Assembly: GCF_037042905.1 (NCBI RefSeq)
Contig: NC_087245.1
Span: forward strand, 19,284,001-19,348,000
Length of the DNA: 64,000 bases
Source of the DNA: Lytechinus pictus
Taxonomy: Eukaryota
Direction: 5' to 3'
Shown: piece by piece, positions 25,301 to 37,300 of the stretch
How the letters are laid out: the number at the start of each line of letters is the position of its first letter
Numbering within the stretch: position 1 is the first letter of the stretch
Position numbers and translations under genes: made by a program
The notes under the pieces: generated by a model
Seen by the model: only the letters and a program-made list of their open reading frames with translations
Databases searched by the model: none
Told to the model about the DNA's origin: nothing

Positions 25301-28300
25301 GGTGACTACATTTGAAAAAGTATTTAAGTTATTGAAAACTGGAATGACTACCCTGTTAAAACAATGATACGCTATGCAAGAACACATTGAATATGATAAG
25401 TATAACATCCTAACAACTTAACACTAACATTCTACTCTGAACAAGATATAACTCATCCTTTTCCAAAGTAAAATAAGTTTTGGGAGAAAGAAACCTACCT
25501 GACATCAGAAGCAGTGATGCCCTTATCACCAGCACCAGTAGGTAGGATATCGAGTGTGAACTCACAAACCACCTCGCCTTCACTGTTCTTGGCTGTGCAG
25601 GTGTATGGGCCAGCATCGGTTGAGCGTGCATTCTGGATCTCAATGGTGTGTGTGAATTTGTCACTTCTGATCGAGAAGCGACCACCATCAGAGATCGGGC
25701 GACCATCCTTTGACCATGTCACTGCAGAGGAAAATGATAGGGATTAATCATAAGTAATGGAGTAATTATTCTGGGAACATTCTGTGGCCAATAAGGTGAT
25801 TCATTTTACTTGGATGATAGCTGCAGTATGAAGTATGAATTGTAATAGACATGGTGGAGGCAGTGGCATTGTCCTCGTTTGCATATTAGCAGCTTCGAAA
25901 TATGAGGTGTGTCCACTTAACTTAACTGGCAACATAAGAGAGTCGAAATATGAGGTGTGTCCATTTAACTTAACTGGCAATGTAAAAGAGTTGAAATATG
26001 AAGTGTAAATGGATGTAGATTGCAGAAGTAGGATATTTGATGAGAAGTTTACTTCACTTGGGCAGTGGAAGTTTCAAAAAGTTAGGCTTTGAAATGGTTG
26101 TTTGTTACATGGTGGCAGCGGTGGGATGTATGGTGTGAAAATTGTCTCTGATTTACACTATGTTACTAGCAAAGGGTCGAAACTTAACCAAGAACGTTAT
26201 ATATCTTACCTGAAGGAACTGGGTCACCGTCAACATCACATGTGAAGATTGCAGTTGTGCCTTCCTCAACCATCTGTGACTGGGGTTCTTCAAAGAACTC
26301 TGGTGGGATGTGATCCTCGTCAATGGTGGCTGTGCAGGGGATGTCTGTACTCAGACTTACATCCATGCTCTGTGAGATACTGATGCTCACACTTGGCTCC
26401 TCTGTAAAATAAAATTGAATTACTTTAACTCAGTTGATATTTTTTTATCTAAACGAGAAAGTTACTCAATGTAAATAACAAAATCATTACTAAATGGAAA
26501 TTATAAACCATGATTCGTTAAAAAAAACATTAAAAAATCAAAATAATTTGTGAATCAATTAAAACAAATGGAGGAATCTTATTAGAAGCAATAATAATTT
26601 TGTCATGCTCCTGCAGAAATGCAGGAACCCAAGCTCACCTGGAGGAGGTCAGAATACTTTTTTAAATGATCTTTCCTTTTGATTTTTTGTGGCCATACCG
26701 TACGAAAGAAAAAAAAATAGGATTCTAAGAAAAATAAAGTAAAAATAATTTCAATATGATAATTCTTTTGTAAGGTATCGCTCTCACCATTGACAGTAAG
26801 CATGGCACTGCATTCAGCTTCTCCGTGGTCATTCAGGGCTTCACATGTGTACTTTCCACCGTCTTCGGGGAAGATTTCTGCAATCTCTAGTTGGTAAATG
26901 TTGCCACGGCTCACATAACGGAACTCCTTGCAGTCCACAATGTCCTGTCCATTTCGGAGCCAGCCGACGTCCATTGGACGAGAGCCTATGAGGAACAAAA
27001 GAAAGAGTAGCTCTGATTATGAGACTGGATAGCATTACGAACTATTAGTTTTATCTGTTTCATTTAATAATGAATTTGAACGTCCTAAGAGAAATATATT
27101 ATGCATCTATGGTATAAATATCATGATTGTACCATACATCCATAGAAAGTTATCGTTCCTGCATCTTATTTTCAGATGGTTTATCAACCTTCTGGCCTTC
27201 GCAAAGCTCCAATAACTTTTTCCTAACTTGACCTGAACTCTTGATAGTTTAATAACTCTATTGCCTTTCTACCCAAAGCCACTGTATTTTCATACTGATT
27301 GTTGACGTTAAAAGAGTGCCAACATTAATGTCACCCTGTAATGAAAACGGGACAAAAACAAGAGCAGAGATCTGCTCCAATATTCATCAAAATGATCGTC
27401 TATAATTTGCTCTGAGCAGATCCGATTAGATTTTGATATCGCTCTTTGTAATAGAAAATGTATTCTCCTGAACGGGAGATTGCAATATCTTTTAAAGAAT
27501 AGATTTAATTTAAAAAGGAAACAAATAACTCTTTACTTTAAAGTCCTATAACATACCGGTAATCTCCGCCTCCAGGACAACCCGTTCTCCATCACGAATA
27601 GACATGTCTTGAAACTTCCTGACAAAGGTTGGTGGTCCGGCCTCCTCTGGTTCTTCTGGTGGAACAAATTCTGGTTCCTCCTCCTCATCGTCAGGTCTAA
27701 CACCCGGGGCGCTAGGTGCGTATGTACGTATTGCAAATTCATCATCGTCGACCTCGTAACCACCATACTCCCTGCTGTACCTCTCATCCATTTTATATGG
27801 ACTAGTTTCCAATCGTGCCGAGTAATAGTCTTCATCATCACGGTAGACACGACGCGGTATCCTCGTCGGACCCGTAACGGGTCGATCTCGCATCACAGGG
27901 CGGTAAGGCTCAGTGTATGGTGTGCGATCAATTGTTGTTGGCGTCGATGGTCGATCGCGGCTTGGTACACGCAAGCTATCTTGCCAAGCGGAGAAAGAGG
28001 TCAGCTTGGGAAGAGGTCTGCCACCCGATCGCGTGAAGGTTGCCGATGTGCGAGTAACATCCAAATAACCAGGACCAGCATCCCGCGTTGTTCTTCTTGT
28101 TTCCTGAATTTCTGAATATTTCAAGGGTCTGTCAGACCGAGCTTGATAGTATTCTACACCAGAGTCTTCTACTCCACGTCTGCTAGAAAGACGTTTTGAT
28201 GTTGCGTAGCTGTGGTATGGAGACGACGGTCTGTATGTTGGTGATTCAGGGCGGTAGGCTGGTGACGGTGAACGGTACGTCGGGGAGGATGGTCTGTAAG

Positions 28301-31300
28301 TTCCCATTGGTGACGACGGGCGGTAGGTCGATGTTGAATACGGGCGTGATGGCGAATAGCGCGACGACGGTGATAGCCCCGTTGGTGACGTGGGACTGTA
28401 AGAACGGCTGCGTGACGGCGCAAGAACGTCGGTTCTTGGTGTGTAATAATCCTTGCGTTGTGTGCGCTTTGATTCGTAGGAGTAAGTCGGTGAAAGGCTT
28501 GATGGGTCGCGTATGTGCTTTGAACGCTTTTGATGAGTGCGGCTACTCTCGGTTTGAACATCGAGGTAACTGCGAGGTGTCCGCGGCGCCTTTCGGGTCT
28601 TATGACGACCACGCCCAACATCTGCACCTCTATCTAGTAAGGCTTCCCCTGGTTTATAAATTATGAGAAAATTGACCAAAAAGGAGAATTTTGTTATTTG
28701 AAAGTCCGAAGTACGTTTATGCTTTTTAGGCTAATAAAAATTGTTTTCAGAGATATTCAAACTATGATGACTCTAAAAATAAATACATTCAAACAAATAT
28801 GAATTGGAAATGGGTACAATTACGCTCTTTCTTCATTCACATCTATTTTCATAACTGTATCAACAATTATGCCGTTTCTAAAAATCTATCTCCGTTCTAA
28901 TCAATCGAAATAAATGGATGGAACCATGCAGAATATTCTAAACAAGTATTACAGGCCTATGTAATGTTTACAATAGATTGTTTTGTAAATTGCCTATTAT
29001 TAAAAGGGAAATATAAATACATAAATACCGTAATGACATTATTTACCTGGAATCACGTCAACCTCGGCAGAGCAGGTGGCCTTGCCAGCTGGTGACGAAG
29101 CAATCGCTTGATAGCGGCCTGCGTCGGTTGGTACGACACGGTAGATGACCAAGGATTGTAATCCGTTAGGGGCCCTTTCGACGTACATGTGGTCAGATTG
29201 CACAATTTCAACGCTGTCCTTCATCCTGTAGCGTGAGAGTAAAATACAAAGATACTCAAATATAAATAACATGTATCTTCTAAAAGAGCTAGATCTATGT
29301 GGTAAGATTTTGCAGGAAAATAGTTGAACAATATGCATTTAAAAAAATCATATTTTTTAAAAAACAAATATGAAATCACGAATGACTAAATGAAATGGCT
29401 ACCTATTATTCTCACGTCAGAAGCGACTCTTTAGAAATAAAGTGTTTATATATGTCAGAAATCATATGAAAGTAGCCACTATTTCGAATTTGATATCTAT
29501 GAATATATGATTAAACTAACGTCATCACGCAAGAGTATAAATCAAATTTTACACAAAGACGTTTTAATACTTCGAGTTTATTTACCAATAATATTACTCA
29601 AGATATTTTTATGGAAAACAATGCGACAGTTAACCAAGAGAAACTATGGTTGAATCATTATTGAACCATAACTGCATCGGAAGCACTAGGGTTTGAATAA
29701 AAGCCATGATAATCATTTCTATATAAAAATAATCATCCGATCGAGGTAGTCTAACTCGACCATGATATAGTAAAAGGGTATCTAGCAGGGATATTAATTC
29801 GTTGGCAAGTATTTGAGCTCCAGATGGCGACCGACTGAGCTTAAAGTCAGGAGCATAAGGTCAATTACTCCCACAAGAATACTATAATAGAGTTGCTAGG
29901 AAAATATGTGTTGAATTAATAAACGTTTCCATCAGGGATTCCATAACCTACCAGGTGACCTTTGGTTCCGGCCATCCCATGACTTGGATCTCAAGTCGGA
30001 CCTTCCTGCCTTCTTTAGCACGGAATCTCCGCAGCGGCTTGGCGAATGATGGCCGGATGTAATCCTCCGTTTCGTTGTGAGGAAGTCCTACAAGAGAAAA
30101 ATTATACGAGTTTTAAGTGACTTTAAAATTGTATAATTGAATTATTTCATGATTAATACATGACGCATCGGGTAGTTGGAAAAACAAAGTGAATCTGGGA
30201 GAAGTGCAAATTGTTATTATTTATTTATAGGGGACATCCATAAAAACAAATTCATTCATTTATGATAATTGCACCTTAAAACAAGGAATTAAGACTTAGA
30301 GAATAATGTACTTTTTTCATTCGATTCTTATCTGCTCTTCCGACAATTCAGTACAAATATCAATAGCAAATGTAAAATTTCGAGAACCTGTTTACATTTC
30401 ATCGTCATAATACGTGTTAATTTGACGTCACACTTACTTTCTTCGACAACCAGCTCGCAAGCAGATGTCGCTTCACCTTCTGGGTTAGTTGCGGTGCACC
30501 TGAAAGTCCCGGTGTCGCTCCTGCTGGCGCTTCGGATCTCCACCATGGCCACGCCCCATCGATAGGTGATACTGTAGTATGCCCCATCGTAGATTGGTAT
30601 ACCGTTCTTGCTCCAAGCGATCTTCGGCTTTGGTGTCCCTTGCACATTGCAGCTGATGCGCGCCGGTTCGCCGTTGTATACGACCTTTCGGCGGAGCGGG
30701 AGACTGAAGAACGGTTGTTGTACGAGGCGACGACTGTGAACTGGTTCAATCTTAGCACGGGATACGACACGCTCGTCTTCACTAGACTCCCTGCAATAGA
30801 TAATAAAGCATAGCGGGAGTGGAATGATTTATGCTATCTGACGTAGATGGTAAAACAGTCATGTCAGATTCATAAGTATCGCCAGCAGAAATACGATCTT
30901 TATTTTTGTTAATTTTTAAAACAACAATAGGTTCTTAAGAAAAATATACGAATATATATTTTTCTTTAATATTTCAATTATTATATCAGAATAAAACTCG
31001 TTTGGATGATATTGATATGAACATTCTAAAGCTACAGAAACAATCTAGAACATGCATGGATTTCAAAGGGCGAAAAAACATCATGACATTTTAAAATAAA
31101 GTAAACCAGTAAATGAAGCATGCAGACTAAAAAAAGCATGCACAAAACCAATTCTTTAAACCATTACTTTCCTAAATATTCTATAGAATTCGATCTGGGC
31201 AAGATGAAAAGGTTTCATTCCATCATCTCCTTGATAAGTTCTAATATGGTTGTGTGATATGTAATGAATTTTCACTAATCTCGTTTTATAGTTTGCCTTC

Positions 31301-34300
31301 ATACTCGAGCCTGATTTAATGACCTTTGAAAGAGGTTTTAAACACACGTGGTTATGTCACTAACGTGGTATTACGACCATAAAAGTTCTCATTAAGATTG
31401 CCCTCCAAGCGGCGGGGTACATTTGACCTCCCTTAATTACAATCAAATTAGATTTGTTCAGACATCCCTCTCCGCCTAGCGGGGTCGATAGACACTCGTG
31501 TTCTCAAAGTTCTTTTGAAGTGGGGCCCGTTGCAGAAAGAGTTGCAATCAATCGAAACTCTAAAATTTATGCCCAACTTGATTTTCAACCAATCAACAGC
31601 GCGCAGTTGGGACTTGCGATTGATTATTGGCTTGCATTTAAACGCAACTCTTTTGGCAACGGGTCCCAGGTTTACGAGCTACATGTAAACCCGATAAAGA
31701 AAACACAGGACGTAATAAATACTCTTTGCGTTACATGCCTATACACATCACGTGTTAAACCAAAGCCAGATTTATAGCTATAGGCGAATTCTGACAAGTG
31801 CGTCAAGGGCAAAATATATGAATACAAGATATTTGAATACATCTCGTTTATTCATTATTTTTTTTTCATTCAATTCATTTTTGTCCGTCTTTCCATGTTT
31901 CTCATTTTATTTGTTTTTATCTTTTTTTCATTCGACCAATATGACAGCATTAGAGTATTATTGAAAATTATATGATGATTTTATGAATATTTTTTGGATT
32001 GTTATTTTTTCATTATGTAACTTTTTTTTTTTTGGGGGGGGTGATGAGACTAGAACCCCAAATATCCCTATAAAGTGAATCAGTGCAAGTAAATCTAGCC
32101 AACTGGATGAATTTATTCTGTGGTATATCTTAAAGGACAAGTCCACCCCAACAAAAAGTTGATTTGAATTAAAAGAGAAAAATCCAACAAACACAAAACA
32201 GAAAATTTCATCAAAATCGGATGTAAAATAAGAAAGTTATGACATTTTAAAGTTTCGCTTAATTTCACAAAATAGTTATATGCACATCCTGGTCAGTATG
32301 CAAATGAGGAGACTGATGACGTCACCCACTCACTATTTCTTTTGTATTTTATTATGAAATATAAAATATTGTAATTTTCCCCTCATTGTCAAGCTAAATA
32401 ACGATTAATTCCTCCCTCAAAATGTGGTATTAGCATTATTTAATAATATATGGTTCAGTCAAGTTGGTCCTTATTGTCAAATCTGTAAAAAATAAAATAT
32501 TGTATAATTCAAACAATAAAAAAGAAAAGAAATAGTGAGTGATGGACATCATCGACCGACTCATCTGCATGTCACTGAGTTGTGCATATCACTGTTTTGT
32601 GAAAAATAAGGGAAACTTTAAAATGCCATAACTTTCTTATTCTACATCCGATTTTGATGAAATTTTCAGCATTCTGCTAGTTTGATTTTTCTCTATTTAT
32701 TCAAATCAACAATTTTTTGGGGTGGACTTGACCTTTAACAAATAAAATACACCTTAATACACCAATAAGTGAAAAAATGTCATGGAAAACATCTTATTCT
32801 GTCCCTTAAATATAACCCTATAATACATTTCGTTTGAAATAGAATTAACTATTTTTAATCTTAACGATATTTCCAGTGATGTTAATCTTACAAATCTTAC
32901 ACTCTGCAAGTTCAATCATAATGAAACGATTTGCTCTGGTGTCTCCACCTAATGGAGTGAAAACCTGCACTGGTCTCTAGGTCTGTTCATCGGTTAGGAA
33001 TACTTTACATGCCAGCATCTAAAATTAGCCCGCCTGGTGAGGGCACTGGGACACGTACGATCTCTTTTCGTACGGGAGATTGGGGAAGGAGAGAAGCGCT
33101 TATTCTTTTGATTGATGCCCTATTGCGTTTCGACCAGCGATAACTGGTATTTCCGTCTAAATATTGATATATTTGCGCGAGACCGGAAAGGAAAGAAACA
33201 ATATTGGAAACTTGGAAATATCTATTAGAAAGCTGACGAAAGTATCGAAAGATGTAGTTTAAGAGGGATGTTTTAATTAATAATAAGTTTCTTTAGAAAA
33301 TGGTTGATGAGAATTTGTAAAATAGTTGGCCCATCCACCATCCTCGCATAGTCGGGCTCCCTACGGTGTTGCAAACCCTACCCCTTTCTAATATATGGAT
33401 CATACCTTAAATAACGAAGAAGGAATTTAAATCAAACTTCCTTCCAATCCATCAGAGATCTAAAGCAAGTTTTGATGCCGCAGATTTAGGGCGATTTCAC
33501 TTGGAATAACCCCTCGGGGTTTCCAGTAGACCTAGGAATCTTATACTGGCATTTTGTCGTGCATGCTCATCGACCGCCAAATCAAATATCTCGTATCATC
33601 TTGCGCATTCCTGGGCACATACAAAGTTGACGTATGGCTAACATATTACGAACGTCTTCTGGTTAAAAATAGGCACTTTGTAATGCACCATGCATTTCAA
33701 GTTTCCCCGGCAATGTTTTGGCTCTTGTCTTGTTGTTCTGGATCATAGCTGACACGTCTTGAATTGAAACTATGTTATTATAAACTTAAACAGATTTCGC
33801 TTCGGCCGTATCTGTGCGTTACACGGAGTAAGAATGCTTGATTTGAAAGACGTATAGTTGAATTATCAGGAATTTGACAGAATAAATACAAGGAAAAATG
33901 TTGATTCTCAAAATATCTAACTTTGGCTTTCACATTCTTATTGTGGAGACACAGTATGGTGAAAAAACATAATTATATAAAGTTTCAATTCGATTCGTGA
34001 AATTATATTGAATATCTAAAACTTATAGTCTTAAGAACATATAGACTCTTCCCTAAAAAGAATAATGTAACACAACCTAAAAACTAAACGTTTCTATCCT
34101 ATTTTCTTTGATGGAACGTAGCTGGGTATTATCTATATGCCTAGATCCTGCAGATGATAGACCAACAATGTAACCATGAAACACATGGCATACCATCTCC
34201 ATGATTCATCCTCGCTCCCAGGGGGTACAGCTGGGGAGGGGTCAGACGCGACAGACGGAGACAGATCGGGTTGTGTATGCATGGGGGTAGACAAGGATGC

Positions 34301-37300
34301 CCGTTGGTTGTAGTGACACATGCGCGGGGCAGGCTGATAATTATTGCTTGGAATCCAGGGGATGACAGGGTCGCATACCCAAGTTATGTTCGTATCTTCA
34401 GGGGGCTTGGGGCCCACGAATAGGAGAGGTTTAGTGGAGAATACAAGGGCGTGTGAATCAAAATCTACTTGAAATGTCCTCCCCTTGGTAATTAGTCATC
34501 TGAGCAATCATTGCGACCCAAAGGTATGTCTTTAAACGGTGTGTACAGTTTGGTTCTTATATCCTTCATCCTACACACATTTGTATTATATGTACAATGC
34601 AAATAATACTACTGATCTTCAATTATTTATCAATTAACTGTCAAAAACAGACCCCTTGAAACAGTTTACCACTCTTATTCAAGGTACTACGAGAGGAATG
34701 ACTTGAAATATAGATATAATCGTATAGGAACCGGTTGTATGACAAAAGGGCTTTCAATAATGAACATTAGAGACGTAAAATCAAGAGCGCACTAATGCAA
34801 TTAAGAAAAAAATATAATAAAATAGGAAGATAATCATGAGCGTATCTTTCGTGCTCGATAAAGCCATAGTAATAACTATTAAATGACCAACAGCAACCGA
34901 TAACGAAAGTACGGATTATCATTTATTCTAAATTTTCTATGCAATCAACAGCATCGTAAAGTCGGAAACGCAACCCTCTCATAAGAACAAGACATATAAT
35001 AACATAGAATCAAGTCTTTGATAAAAACTCGGAAGAAAATTTGACATAACTTTCTAAAAAAAAACCAAACACCAGATATACGTCCAAGTGATGCGAAAGA
35101 TCAAAACTGAATACTTCGAGTGTGATACACAACTATCCGATGCTGAGGAAACATCCGTATCTACGTGAAAATAATGCCAACAGGATTCAGAATAAAAGTA
35201 AAAATAAAGTACCTGTCATATAGTCTCCTAAGTCCATATCTACTGTAGATAAACATGGTTCCGACACGCCTTCAGCTCTTGTTTGTATAAGTGGAGTAGT
35301 GGTAGGTGAAATTCTGAATGTGACTTACCGGAGAAGACGCATTTCATTAATAGCTCCAGAGCATAGACTTGTTCATGAATCCACACCCTATCGATTTCAC
35401 ATTCTTTCAGCCCAACAGCCGCGTCAATTAAAGGCCAGGAGAAACAGATGTGAGTAAACTTTAAAATAGCAGGATTTAAAGTATATTTAACGCACCGTCT
35501 TTGCCTGAAAGGTGTTTTTTTCATAATCGCTATTTGCAAGATTCAAAATACGCTCTAAAATTTTTCTTTGAAATCGTGACCAACATATTTTTTTTCTTAC
35601 TTTTATTATGTATGTTTGAATCGAGGATTCGAGGGTATACGAGAAGACGTCTACCTCAAAGCATGAGCACAATGAGCGAAAAAAATTGAGGGGTAAATCA
35701 TTGCGAAATGTGCAGAAACCTATACAAAAGTAGCAATCGGTAGAAAATATGGAATTTAAAAAAATAAAATTGAATTTCGTGATAGAGTTTGAGATAATAA
35801 TTCTTAAAAAATAAAATGATTATTTGACCTCTTTCGTCTCCATTTCTTTCTCCCTTTCCCTTTTCTCTCCATACATACGGTAGTGTCTCAAATACGTTGG
35901 ACAAAAGGTTCTCAATAGAATAGCATTTGTATAAACATGAAAATAATCTTCTTCATTGAAATAAACCCATAAGACTAAATTACACCGTTAACATTTATGA
36001 ACGACACAATATATATTTGTAGTACTTTTTTTTAAACACCCAAACTCAGACTGAATAGAAATTATAATGTTATTATTTTACACTTCGAATTATCTCATTT
36101 TGTTAGTTCTAGATATATTTTTCTTTTTATTATTATATTGATTTTGTTATATCGAAATCAGAATTTTGGGAGGTACATTTGAGCTAATTTGCTAAGTGTG
36201 TGGTAAACATCCACATCACTTGTTGCAATCAAGAATCAAATTGGAAATCTTGGACAATTTAACGGTCTCTTTGAAATGGAATATCCATTATAACTCTTAG
36301 ATTATGTTTACTGTACATCAATTAATAGTTACGAGAATCGATTTGAAAATAATTAGAACGAAAAATACCAGTTTACAATATTTGAGATCGATGATATATA
36401 AATAATTGGATTATCATATAATAATGAATGATATATCATGAATCCAAAGCCCTTTTTAATCATGATTAAGGATTAATAAAATAGTCTACATTTGTTTCAT
36501 CACATGACATCGCACTAGTTACCTATCTCATGATATATTTTCTTCGAATCCATTGTAATTTTGAACTCCACACTAAGTGAACCAGATTCTATTTTGGCTC
36601 TAATATGTTTACTGCAACAGTAAATAAAGAGGCAGATTCGTTGATGCCAATGCATGGGGATATGGTGTATCACGCAGAATGGAAAGCATTTTGACGAGGA
36701 TGACACTGATTTACGTTTGTGCCACATGTTTTGATCGAATTCCACGAATTCGTTTGGGGTGATCAGTCGATGTATATCAACCTTGTCATTCGTGAAATAC
36801 CATAATTTGTGGATACTCATTACAAGCTTGCCCCATCTATTAAGGGAAGGATTGGCCTGATAAATTTGTCTTGTATAGTAAATCATATCGAAAGAAAAAC
36901 TAGTGAATTTCAAATATTTTGTCTCTGTCTAAACCTATTCTTCTCTCTTTCTGAAACTAAGTACATTAATATTTTGCATGCACTATCTCGTTACGAATAC
37001 AATATGTGTCTTATGGAATTTATCATAAGATGGCGAGTTGGATCCGATTGAATGATTGGTTGCGCGTACGCACGTGATCAGTCAAGTGTTCTGCTTAACG
37101 TAATTTCATTTATGCTCAATGATAAAGCGGTCACAAGTAAAGTCTCTAATCTAATGATAGTTTATCAAGCAACAAGCATCCTCACCACTATCTTGTAAAT
37201 CATAACGAACAACCTTTTGCTTGGGCATTTAGAATACTAACCTACACTCATTAAATGTGAAACAATCAAAACTGTTCAAAATGAGTTACCTCATATGTGT

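Noticed and set aside
27609..28666. Plus-strand and alternative-frame ORFs over the SP-rich exon
   Set aside because: Shadow ORFs of a GC-rich coding exon with no recognisable domain
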